Source: Candidatus Latescibacterota bacterium
GTDB taxonomy: Bacteria; Latescibacterota; UBA2968; UBA8231
NCBI GenBank assembly: GCA_965242865.1
Contig: CBDETK010000013.1
Location: 832,001-896,000 of the forward strand
DNA length: 64,000 nucleotides
Direction of reading: 5' to 3'
The translations under genes and the position numbers were made by a program. Each line of letters begins with the position of its first letter. The stretch's first letter is position 1. The notes under the pieces are model-generated. The model had not been told where the DNA came from and ran no database searches. It was given only the letters and a program-made list of their open reading frames with translations. Shown here one piece after another: positions 55,479 to 64,000 of this stretch.

Positions 55479-56473
55479 CGGTGCCATTGCCACAGCAGGG
55501 TTGGGGTGCCGATGAGGATGTAGGTCAGGGTTGCTAGGGCGTGGGTTAAGGTTGCACAGGCCAAAGCGGTGGCGAGCGGCACTGCGTAGAGGCGGTGTAG
55601 GGCCTCGCCGAAGAGGAAATGATACGAGCCGATTGCCCCGGGCGTTGGAATGATCACGCCGATGGACGATATGGCCATGACCGCCAGCGCCGCGGCCGCG
55701 TCGAGGTCGTACGGTTGGTGCAAATTCATGCCGATAAAGGCCGCATAGATAATAAACACGTAAGCCGCGTTGAGCAGGATTGAGCTGACGAGGATTTCAA
55801 GGTATGCGGTGGGCTGTTGCCGCAGCGCGGAAAGCCCGCCGATGAAGGTCTCGAGGATTTGGAGGACCCGCTCGCCGCGGCCCCAAGCGAGCCGCCCCAG
55901 CAGCGGCCGCATTCCAGCCAAAATTCTTTCCCGATACACCGATACCAAAACCAAGGCACTCAGCGCGACCAAGCAGGCGGCTAGGGCCAATAGGCCGATG
56001 GCGTCTCGGTCTGCGGCCGGGATCCAAAGCACGGGCCGGGCAATATCTATATAGACGATGAGCCAGAACAAGACGATGAGCCAAAACAGATCGAGGATGC
56101 GCTCCACCACTATCGTGGCCATCAAGGCGCTGATGCTCGCTCCGGTGGTCCACTTGAGGCTGACGCACCGCAAGACCTCGCCCGAGCGCGGCACGGCCAC
56201 ATTGGCCGCGTAGCATATAGCCAAGGCGAGCGATGCGTTGAGGGTGCTCACTTGCGGGGCAAAGGGCCGCATGAGGACCAGCCAGCGCCAAGCCCGCAAG
56301 CCCAAGGTCCCCAGCGTTGCGGCGCAGAGGACCGCGGCCCAAACCGGCGAAATGCCGGTCATGGCGTCCCAGAGTTCCCGGCGATTTATCCCCTCAAAGG
56401 CCCAATAGATAAAAAGCCCCATTAAGCCTAGGCTCAGTCCGTACTGGAGGGCTTGTTTTAGTCGCTTGTGCAT
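55421..56473 (-). CDS. Lysylphosphatidylglycerol synthase TM / UPF0104 flippase-like protein
   Basis: RAWRW, NVAVPRSGEVLR, VERILD, PTPGAIGSYH. Confidence 0.88.
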   Translation of the reverse strand: MHKRLKQALQYGLSLGLMGLFIYWAFEGINRRELWDAMTGISPVWAAVLCAATLGTLGLRAWRWLVLMRPFAPQVSTLNASLALAICYAANVAVPRSGEVLRCVSLKWTTGASISALMATIVVERILDLFWLIVLFWLIVYIDIARPVLWIPAADRDAIGLLALAACLVALSALVLVSVYRERILAGMRPLLGRLAWGRGERVLQILETFIGGLSALRQQPTAYLEILVSSILLNAAYVFIIYAAFIGMNLHQPYDLDAAAALAVMAISSIGVIIPTPGAIGSYHFLFGEALHRLYAVPLATALACATLTHALATLTYILIGTPTLLWQWHRAGRAPTNPRTPTKPTAPS

Positions 56474-56493
56474 CGGGCTAGCAATACAAAGGT

Positions 56494-57114
56494 TCAAGCC
56501 TGTACGGGTTGAATTTTGCCCATGCGCTCTAGTAGGTCGATGATCTGTGCGGCCGCCTCGGCGGGCGTTGAGGTGTTGGTTTTGATGACCAGCTCGGGGT
56601 TTTCTGGTTCTTCATAAGGGTCTGAAACCCCGGTAAAATTGGGTATTTCACCGGCTCGGGCCTTTTGGTAGAGGCCCTTGGGATCGCGCTCGGCGCATAC
56701 TTCGACCGGGGCGCTGACAAAAATTTCCACGAAGTCGCCCGCGGCCATAAGGGCCCGGACCCCGTGGCGGTCGGCGCGATAGGGGCTGACAAAGCTGGCA
56801 AAGGTGAGGAGCCCTCCATCGACCAAGAGCTTTCCCACCTCCCCGACCCGCCGGATATTTTCCTGCCGGTCTTCAGCGGAAAAGCCCAAGTTCTTATTGA
56901 GCCCAAAGCGGATGTTGTCGCCGTCTAGCACATAAGCCAAGTGGCCGCGGGCGGCCAAGGCGTGTTCGGTCGTATAGGCAATCGTGCTTTTGCCGGAACT
57001 GGGCAACCCCGTCAGCCAGAGCAACACCCCTTGTTGGCGCAACAGGCGTTCGCGTTGTGCGCGGCTGACATGGCCCTCGTGCCGGACGATATTGGTCGCT
57101 TTAATAGCGGTCAA
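56494..57114 (-). CDS. cysC: Adenylyl-sulfate kinase
   Basis: WLTGLPSSGKST, LDGDNIR, RDPKGLY, FTGVSDPYE. Confidence 0.96.
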   Translation of the reverse strand: MTAIKATNIVRHEGHVSRAQRERLLRQQGVLLWLTGLPSSGKSTIAYTTEHALAARGHLAYVLDGDNIRFGLNKNLGFSAEDRQENIRRVGEVGKLLVDGGLLTFASFVSPYRADRHGVRALMAAGDFVEIFVSAPVEVCAERDPKGLYQKARAGEIPNFTGVSDPYEEPENPELVIKTNTSTPAEAAAQIIDLLERMGKIQPVQA

Positions 57115-57316
57115 AGTTCACCTCGTACGGTTAGGGGAATACGTTTCAGCGGAACTCACAATAACGACCATGCCGCCTCGATTCGTCAAGGAATGGGCCG
57201 CGCGGCGAGCAGGGCTGTTTTATTTGACGTTTAACGATTTATATATTTATATAAGTGGCAATTCACAGTACCAGTACAAGACGAGCGCATCTCATCAACC
57301 TAGAGGAGGCAAGCGT

Positions 57317-58267
57317 ATGAAAATTGCAATTAGCATCACTTGTGCGGCCCTGCTGGCGGCAACGGCGAGCGAAGGGGTTGTGAACATTCAGAATGTCGGT
57401 TCGGGTGCTCGGGCGCAGGGGTTGGGCAACAGCTTCGTGGCGGTGGCAGACAATGCAGATGCCGTGTTTGCCAATCCGGCGGGGTTGGGTCAGGTGTCGG
57501 GTCGTCAGGTTTCCTACACGAACGTGTCGCTGTTGTATGTGGGGATCGACGGCAATGATCTGGGGCAGCACGTGGTTTCGTATGCACAGCCGCTGGGCGA
57601 CAAGCTGGGGCTGGGGTTGGGCTATGAGCGGATCGGATCGTCGCTGATGAGCGAGAACGGGGCGTTTGTGTCGGTGTCGTATCAGGTGCAGCGTCGGCTG
57701 CAGGTGGGGGTGTCGGCCAAGTATTTGTTTTGGAGTGTCGGCGCGATTCCTCCCGATAATGGGCGGCCGGATCCGGTATCGAACCAGAGCGCGGGCAATG
57801 TGGGCTTGGATTTGGGGTTGTTGTGGCAGAGTCCGGTGGCTGGGGCGCAGGTGGGGGTGTTGTTGAAGAACATCAATCAGCCGAATGTGAAGTGGGGCGA
57901 GGTCAAAGACGCCAGCGGCCAGGTGGATTCGGATGCGGGTGGGTTGCCGATGGACGTGCATATTGGGGTGGGCTATCGTCTGAGCAGCCAGTCGTTGGTG
58001 TCGGTTCAGTATGTGCGTCACGATGTGACGGGGGATGGTTCGGACAACAGGGTGGTGGTTGGGGGGGAGACGCAGTTGTTGGAGGGGCTGGTGTTGCGTG
58101 CGGGGGGTCGTCGTTTGCTGTCGGATTCAGAGGATTCGGGTGCGGGCTTGAACGCGGGGTTGGGGTATCAGTGGAACCAGTTGGTGTTCGATTATGCCTA
58201 TGACATCGGCTTGGAGTTGACCGATACCAATGGAGCGCACCGGTTCTCCTTTGCCTACGAATTCTAA
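57317..58267 (+). CDS. PorV/PorQ-like outer-membrane beta-barrel
   Basis: Signal peptide; GARAQGLGNSFVAVADNADAVFANPAGL; DYAY...HRFS; terminal Phe. Confidence 0.82.
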   Translation: MKIAISITCAALLAATASEGVVNIQNVGSGARAQGLGNSFVAVADNADAVFANPAGLGQVSGRQVSYTNVSLLYVGIDGNDLGQHVVSYAQPLGDKLGLGLGYERIGSSLMSENGAFVSVSYQVQRRLQVGVSAKYLFWSVGAIPPDNGRPDPVSNQSAGNVGLDLGLLWQSPVAGAQVGVLLKNINQPNVKWGEVKDASGQVDSDAGGLPMDVHIGVGYRLSSQSLVSVQYVRHDVTGDGSDNRVVVGGETQLLEGLVLRAGGRRLLSDSEDSGAGLNAGLGYQWNQLVFDYAYDIGLELTDTNGAHRFSFAYEF

Positions 58268-58290
58268 AGGGCTATTCTTGGGGTGAATGC

Positions 58291-58322
58291 AAAAGGGCCG
58301 GCCTTCTTGGGCTGGCTTTTTT
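58291..58322 (+). terminator. Rho-independent terminator
   Basis: GCCGGCC/GGCTGGC hairpin followed by a T-run. Confidence 0.55.
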
Positions 58323-58348
58323 GTTTTTAAGTGGAGGAGTTCGTGCGC

Positions 58349-59245
58349 GTGAAAATTGGAATCAGCATCCTCTGCCTAGTCGTACTCGCCACTGCGAGTA
58401 GCGGATTTGTCAATATCCATGTTTTTAGCCCCGGCGTTCGGTCTCTAGGGCTAGGCAACAGCTTTGTGGCGGTGGCGGACACTCCAGAAGCGGTGTTTGC
58501 CAATCCGGCGGGGTTGGGGCAACTGCGGCGGCGGCAGGCGACCTTTGCGTACTGGAACATGAACGAGGATATGGGGCAGTATATGGCATCATTTGGCATG
58601 CCACTAAATGCAAAGTTGGGGTTAGGGTTGGGCTATGAGCGGATTGCCTCGTCGCAGATGAACGAGAACGGGGCGTTTGCGTCGCTGTCGTATCAGGCCG
58701 TAAGGCGGCTGTACGTAGGGGTCTCGGCCAAGTACCTGTTTTCGATCATTAGCCCAAAGATCTTTGAGGGGGACCTACCAACGGCATCGTGGGTTGATGT
58801 GGGCTTGTTGTGGCAAAGCCCGTTTCCCGGGGCGCAGATGGGCTTGTTCTTAAAAAACGTGTATCAGGCCAGCGGGAAAAAGGATGCCGGGCAGAAAGAG
58901 AGAGAGGTGCATCTAGGGGCTGGATATCGGGTGGGGACGCGGGCGTTGCTGTCCGTGCAGTATGCACAATACCATGGGACTCCTTCTCAGCGTCGGTGGA
59001 TGATAGGCGGGGAGTATTACTTGCTAGAGGGGTTGGTTCTTAGGGCGGGGAGGGAGCATGAGTTCAACCGCTATGAGTCCGACCTCAACGGCCTCGACGG
59101 CAGAGTGTGGTTGAGCGTGGGCGTGGGGCTTCGATTGGAGTATCGGGCGGTTGGGCTGTTGTTGGACTATGCCCATCGCGGCGGTGCGGGGGGATGGTGG
59201 TGGGAATTATCGCCGCACCGATTTTCCCTTGCCTGTGAGTTCTAA
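58349..59245 (+). CDS. PorV/PorQ-like outer-membrane beta-barrel, tandem paralog
   Basis: GVRSLGLGNSFVAVADTPEAVFANPAGL; LGLGLGYERI shared with the upstream gene; HRFSLACEF. Confidence 0.8.
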   Translation: MKIGISILCLVVLATASSGFVNIHVFSPGVRSLGLGNSFVAVADTPEAVFANPAGLGQLRRRQATFAYWNMNEDMGQYMASFGMPLNAKLGLGLGYERIASSQMNENGAFASLSYQAVRRLYVGVSAKYLFSIISPKIFEGDLPTASWVDVGLLWQSPFPGAQMGLFLKNVYQASGKKDAGQKEREVHLGAGYRVGTRALLSVQYAQYHGTPSQRRWMIGGEYYLLEGLVLRAGREHEFNRYESDLNGLDGRVWLSVGVGLRLEYRAVGLLLDYAHRGGAGGWWWELSPHRFSLACEF

Positions 59246-59397
59246 GAAGCGGTCTGCTCCGCAAACCCTGCTTTGGGCTGCATGAACGACCGTCCAGTGG
59301 TCTTAACATCGCCCATTTTTGTAGGGCGAGATGTCCTTGAGAGTAGCGGCGTTTCGTCCCTTGCGTCCAAACGATCGTTGCCGTAGCAGTAAGCAGG

Positions 59398-59821
59398 TTG
59401 CGGCTTCTGCGTTTAGGCTCTTAATTATGGCCCGACGGCAAATAACCTAAATCAGGGGCAGGCCCCCGTGCCTGTCCGTTAGAATTTCGTTGGGGCAGGC
59501 CCCCGTGCCTGCCCGTTACAGCGGCAAATTTGGCACGATCGGTTGACGTAATGAACGAGACGATGGTTAAGCATTTCACATCAGACCGGGGCCTTGCTGT
59601 GGGGCAAAACCCTGTTGGGTGCTTGGATTCATCGTCAAATTTAATGTGTCGTAAGTCCTTGAAAAACAACGACTTACCCCCCCCCCCCCCCGAAAATTCT
59701 CCGCTAGCACCAAGCACTAAACGCTCTACTTCTCAGCATAGGCCGCCGGATCGTGCGCGGCTGTTGGGCGTCGCGCCGGTCTGGCCGCGCGGCCCCAAAC
59801 TGCACACGGCCGGTCGGCCTT
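59398..59821 (+). repeat. Duplicated leader, copy 2 (two 37-bp REP-like units at 59455 and 59492; poly-C15 at 59677-59691)
   Basis: Direct comparison with 5596-6055. Confidence 0.9.
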
Positions 59822-60071
59822 CGTCTGTACGCCGTGTACGTCGGCTGGGGCCGATCCAAAGTACCGCCCTAGGGCGAGCCCGGCCGCGCCATTCCCATTC
59901 TTCCTCACGATACGACCCACCACTCGCCTTCCAACGATCGCGGACATCCTGTCCTCGTCGAAGGCGAGACGCCCTCCAGCCCGGATTCATCGAGAACAGC
60001 AGAAAAGGCGTCCGCAAAGTAGGGGTCGTGTACTCAGCTCTTCTTCTAACCGCCATACAAAGGAGCAAAAA

Positions 60072-61859
60072 ATGTCCTTTTTGAAATCGACAAAAACCCT
60101 GCTTGGGTTCGTCCTTTTGGGCATCGTCGGCACTTGGATGGGCTGCTCAGACTCCGCGCCGGTCGCCTCTCGGCCAGCGGGCAAAGCCACCTGTTCCTTA
60201 TGCGAATTCTTGGGCGACGACACCTACACCGCTACCGACGGGCTGCCTGCTACCGAAAGCCCCGACACCACCCAGACCGACGCCGACGCTGACAGTACAC
60301 AGGCCGACGCCGACGCTGACAGCACCCAATCGGCCACCGTGGAGTTCGCCGACGCCAATCTGGAGCAGGCGGTGCGGGAGGCGTTGGACCGCCCGACAGG
60401 GCCGCTGACCCCGGCAGACTTGGCGTCTCTGACCGAACTCGACGCGAGCTACAAAAACATTCAGAGCGTGGCCGGCCTCGAACACGCGACGGCGCTGACA
60501 ACACTGTATCTGCGGGGCAACGCGATTACCGACGTGAGCCCGTTGGCCAGTCTGACCAATCTGCACACGCTGTCGCTGTGGGGGAACAAGGTGGCGGACG
60601 TCAGTCCGCTGGCCAGCCTGATCAGCTTGCGCAAGCTGGATATGTGGGGCAACGCGATTACCGACGTCAGTCCATTAGCCCGCCTAACGAACCTGCAATT
60701 TCTCAATCTAGGTGACAACGCGATTACGGACGTGAGTCCCTTGGCCAGCCTGACGAACCTGCAATGGCTGGGCGTGATGGAAAACGCCCTTAGCCAGCAC
60801 GCGGCCAACCAACAACTCGCCGCCGCGATAACAAGCGGCCTCCGCGTCGAAGCGGTACTAGAAAAATACCCCCGCGTCGAAACCGTCCAAGTCTATCCAG
60901 AAGAACCGGAACCGACGGTTTTCATACCCGACCCGACCGCCATATACTGGACGGACGCTGACACTAGAACAGGTATAGGTGAAACAACAAGAGAGTCAAA
61001 GATTTGGCGTTCCGACTTGAATGGCGAAAACTCCCAATCCTTCGTCCCCCCCCTAGTATATACAACTACCTCTGTCGATCCCTTTGGAGTAGTGGTACAA
61101 CCCGAACCTTTAGGAAGTCAGCCAGCGTTCACCGCGGTGGATGTGATTAACAGAAAGATATACTGGACGGACGGAGTCCTATGGGGTACGGTTCGGCGTT
61201 CCGACTTGGATGGCTCAAACACGCAAACCATCCTCTCGAGCATAGGTTCGCCAACGGGCATCGCGGTGGATGTGGTGAACAGAAAGATATACTGGACGAG
61301 CGGGTATCGCGCTGCCTCCGCTCCAAGCCCGGCAATCCCGGCTCATATTGGGGTTGCCGACTTGGATGGCAGAAACCCCCGACGCCTCTTCGAAACGGGG
61401 TTGGAGGGCCCACAGAGCATCGCGCTGGATGTGGCGAATAGAAAGATGTACTGGGCGAACTGGAACGCCCATAAGATTGAGTATTCCGACTTGAATGGCA
61501 GACAACGCCAAACATTCCTTGCGAGCGCTATGCCTGGCGATCCGGCCGATTATGTATCGGGCCTCGCGCTGGATGTGGTGAACAAAAAGATATACTGGGT
61601 GACTTGGCCGCGCCCTTCGGGCCCGGGTAAAATTATGTGGGCCGACTTAGATGGGAATGGCTCAGACGCCCAAGACTGCATCACCACGGAGTTGAATCAG
61701 CCATGGGGCATCGCGGTGGATTCGGTGGGCGGAAAGTTATACTGGGTGGACCGGGTCGATCAGAAGGTTGGGTACGCCAACTTGAATTGCACAGACCGCC
61801 AAGACATCATCACCACGGGGTTGAGGTATCCACTGAACATCGCGCTGGGTGTTTGGTAG
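60072..61859 (+). CDS. Lipoprotein with internalin-type LRRs and a six-bladed YWTD propeller (paralog of 6278-7969)
   Basis: Same RBS, lipobox, CxxC, acidic repeats and LRRs; six YW(T/A/V)x blades. Confidence 0.9.
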   Translation: MSFLKSTKTLLGFVLLGIVGTWMGCSDSAPVASRPAGKATCSLCEFLGDDTYTATDGLPATESPDTTQTDADADSTQADADADSTQSATVEFADANLEQAVREALDRPTGPLTPADLASLTELDASYKNIQSVAGLEHATALTTLYLRGNAITDVSPLASLTNLHTLSLWGNKVADVSPLASLISLRKLDMWGNAITDVSPLARLTNLQFLNLGDNAITDVSPLASLTNLQWLGVMENALSQHAANQQLAAAITSGLRVEAVLEKYPRVETVQVYPEEPEPTVFIPDPTAIYWTDADTRTGIGETTRESKIWRSDLNGENSQSFVPPLVYTTTSVDPFGVVVQPEPLGSQPAFTAVDVINRKIYWTDGVLWGTVRRSDLDGSNTQTILSSIGSPTGIAVDVVNRKIYWTSGYRAASAPSPAIPAHIGVADLDGRNPRRLFETGLEGPQSIALDVANRKMYWANWNAHKIEYSDLNGRQRQTFLASAMPGDPADYVSGLALDVVNKKIYWVTWPRPSGPGKIMWADLDGNGSDAQDCITTELNQPWGIAVDSVGGKLYWVDRVDQKVGYANLNCTDRQDIITTGLRYPLNIALGVW

Positions 61860-62008
61860 GCATGGAGGTTCACCTGCCCGGCTGGCATGGCCTTGAGATG
61901 CTGGGCTAAGGCCGAGCGGGAAGGACAGCGACCGCCTCTACGGCGTGTTCAACACACCCCAAGGTAGGGTTTGCGGAGCAGACCGCTTCTAAGAAAACGA
62001 TACCGGCA

Positions 62009-62066
62009 GGATTCCCGCTTTCGCGGGAAAGACGGAGGCCGTCCCCGAAGCGGGACGGCCTTTTCT
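62009..62066. terminator. REP-like hairpin (GATTCCCGCTTTCGCGGGAA) followed by an intrinsic terminator
   Basis: AGGCCGTCCC-CGAAGC-GGGACGGCCT followed by TTT. Confidence 0.65.
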
Positions 62067-62070
62067 CTTG

Positions 62071-62814
62071 CTATTCTACGATGTCTTCATCCACCTCGGC
62101 CACCAAAGTCCCGGGATCTTGGCCGCGGCAGATGTGCAAGCTGGTTCCCTGGTCCGAAAAGTCGAAAAAGTGCATGGGCATCTTGTGATCGCGCGCCAGC
62201 AGGACCGAGGATTGGTCGGCGATGGTGAGGTTTTCTTGGATGATTGTGTTGTAGTGCATCCGCCGGTACAGCCTCGCGTGGGGATCGGCGTGAGGATCGG
62301 CGGTAAAGATGCCGCTGACCCGGTTCTTCGCAAAAAGCAGGGCTTGAGACCGGGTCTCAATCGCGCGCTGGGCCGCCGTGTAGTCCGTGGTGACGTACGG
62401 ATTGCCAATGCCAGCGGCAAAGATGACGATGTAGTGCTTTTCTAGGTGGTGAATTGCGCGCAGCCGAATAAAAGGCTCGGCGACCGTGTTGATGGGAATG
62501 GCGCTCATTACCCGGACTTCGACAGCGGATTTAGAGGTGAGGACCCCGCGCAGCATCAGGCTGTTGATCACCGTCCCCATCATGCCAATGTTGTCGGCCT
62601 CGGCCCGTTCAATGCCCCACTGACTGGCGAGGGTGCCGCGGAATACATTGCCGCCGCCAATGACGATGGATATTTCAACCCCACAGGAGTGCAAGCTGAG
62701 GATTTCGTCGGCAATGTGCTCCAAGGAGTCCGGGTCAAAGCCCATGTCGTGCGGGCCGGAGACGGCCTCGCCGCTCAGCTTGAGCAAGGCGCGCTTGTAG
62801 CGCAAGGCGGTCAA
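62071..62814 (-). CDS. pyrH: UMP kinase
   Basis: YKRALLKLSGEA, IGGGNVFRG, ADNIGMMGTVIN, GIGNPYVTTD. Confidence 0.9.
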   Translation of the reverse strand: MTALRYKRALLKLSGEAVSGPHDMGFDPDSLEHIADEILSLHSCGVEISIVIGGGNVFRGTLASQWGIERAEADNIGMMGTVINSLMLRGVLTSKSAVEVRVMSAIPINTVAEPFIRLRAIHHLEKHYIVIFAAGIGNPYVTTDYTAAQRAIETRSQALLFAKNRVSGIFTADPHADPHARLYRRMHYNTIIQENLTIADQSSVLLARDHKMPMHFFDFSDQGTSLHICRGQDPGTLVAEVDEDIVE

Positions 62815-63998
62815 AGCAGCCGTCCCTTTTTAATGGTGCGGGCGGCGGGATGCTGCTCGGCCAATGCTTCGACCCGACCGACAAACAGCTCGACTTGCTG
62901 GGGGGCCGCGCCGGTGAGGCCGCGACTGCGGGCAATGGTCGCGCCCGCTTCCTCCTCGCTGAGCGGGAAGCGCGGGTCAGCGCCCAAGCGACGCGCCAAA
63001 TCCCCGCTGCTCCGGCCTTGTTCGCGCATGGCGAGCGCCGCGGCTAGGGCGTGTTCTTTGAGGGCGGCGTGGGCTTGCTCGCGCCCCGCTCCGCGCTGGA
63101 TGGCTTCCATCAGCAGCGTCGTGGTGGCGAGGAAGGGCAGGTAGCGGTCGAGATCGCGGGCAATGACCGCTTCATAGACGCCCATGTCGTCGAGGATGTG
63201 GAGCGCGGTTTCGAGCATGCCGTCCAAGGCGAAGAACCCATCGGGGAGGGCCACGCGGCGCACGACCGAGCAGGAGACGTCCCCTTCAAGCCACTGCTCG
63301 CCGGCCAGCGCGCCCACCATCTGGACGTAGCCGCCGAGGACGACTTGCAGCCCATTGACCCGCTCGCTGCTGCGGGAGTTCATTTTGTGCGGCATGGCCG
63401 AAGAGCCGACTTGGCCGGCGGCAAAGCCCTCGGTCAGCGCGTCGTGCCCGGCCATCAGGCGGATCGCCCGGGCCAGATTGGCCAGCCCAGCCCCTAGCTG
63501 GTAGAGGCAACTGAGCACCTCAAAATCGAGGCTGCGCGGATAAATTTGGCCGACCGCGCCTAGTTCGCGTTGGAAGCCGAGGTGGTGCCGGACGCGGCGT
63601 TGGAGTTGGTCGAGCCGGTCGGCGTCACCGGCGAGCAGGGTCAGTTGATCGACAGCGGTGCCGACCGCGCCCTTGAGGCCCCGCAGGGGATAGCGCTGGA
63701 CGAGCTCGTCGAGGCGGTCCAAGGCGACCAGCATTTCTTCGCCGAACATGGCGAGGCGCTTGCCGAGCGTCGTGGGTTGCGCGGCCGCGTAGTGGGTCCG
63801 ACCGGCAACCGCGAGCGCCTTCCATTGCCAGGCCCGCTGGCTTAGGCGCAAGAGGACGGCCACGTACTTAACTTGGATTTGCTGCAAGGAGCGGAGAATC
63901 TGGTATTGCTCGACGTTGTCGGTCAGGTCGCGGCTGGTCATCCCCTTATGAATGTGCTCGCACCCGGCCAAGCTGCAAAACTCTTCGATGCGCGCCTT
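62811..63998 (-). CDS. purB: Adenylosuccinate lyase, 5'-truncated by the window edge
   Basis: IHKGMTSRD, GRTH..AAQPTTLGKR, GSSAMPHKMN. Confidence 0.93.
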   Translation of the reverse strand, partial: KARIEEFCSLAGCEHIHKGMTSRDLTDNVEQYQILRSLQQIQVKYVAVLLRLSQRAWQWKALAVAGRTHYAAAQPTTLGKRLAMFGEEMLVALDRLDELVQRYPLRGLKGAVGTAVDQLTLLAGDADRLDQLQRRVRHHLGFQRELGAVGQIYPRSLDFEVLSCLYQLGAGLANLARAIRLMAGHDALTEGFAAGQVGSSAMPHKMNSRSSERVNGLQVVLGGYVQMVGALAGEQWLEGDVSCSVVRRVALPDGFFALDGMLETALHILDDMGVYEAVIARDLDRYLPFLATTTLLMEAIQRGAGREQAHAALKEHALAAALAMREQGRSSGDLARRLGADPRFPLSEEEAGATIARSRGLTGAAPQQVELFVGRVEALAEQHPAARTIKKGRLL

Positions 63999-64000
63999 GA

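Larger units (their letters stand above)
59246..61989. mobile_element. Non-autonomous cargo element with 24-bp terminal inverted repeats and a TAA target duplication
   Basis: GAAGCGGTCTGCTCCGCAAACCCT (59246-59269) and its exact reverse complement (61966-61989); TAA at 59243-59245 and 61990-61992; no transposase inside. Confidence 0.75.

Noticed and set aside
59530-60084. Leader ORF as a conventional protein-coding gene
   Set aside because: Arg/Pro/Ser-rich, mostly non-synonymous differences from copy 1 and a divergent 3' half; kept only as a possible regulatory leader.

Overview
High-GC bacterial chromosomal segment with about 50 genes and one tRNA-Asn. The eukaryote-like repeat proteins, the NYPNPFN sorting-domain protein, the PorV-like barrels and the short RpoD suggest an FCB-group (Latescibacterota/Gemmatimonadota-like) host-associated organism; this placement is inference. 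The backbone is housekeeping and metabolism: FadN-like, msrAB, korAB, hemE, E2, ftsH, Glu dehydrogenase, cysC, pyrH, purB. The most striking structure is a family of surface-protein cassettes. Two paralogous LRR+YWTD lipoprotein genes (6278-7969, 60072-61859) share a REP-containing leader with a poly-C tract (C17 vs C15) that opens or closes a leader reading frame, a near-identical N-terminal half and a common 3' tail, but carry different beta-propellers. The second copy lies inside a 2.74-kb transposase-less element with perfect 24-bp inverted ends and a TAA target duplication. Other notable items: a tandem array of four length-variable coiled-coil/TM mini-genes plus an emptied fifth unit whose promoter now precedes the Glu dehydrogenase gene; an uncharacterised three-gene membrane system (DUF6785-like, pseudo-M28 peptidase-FtsX fusion, OPT-like); a PspA-polyamine operon; a degenerate UvrA; and an AbfD/HpaB-family enzyme lacking Fe-S ligands. 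All family assignments come from motif recognition by eye; no database searches were run.
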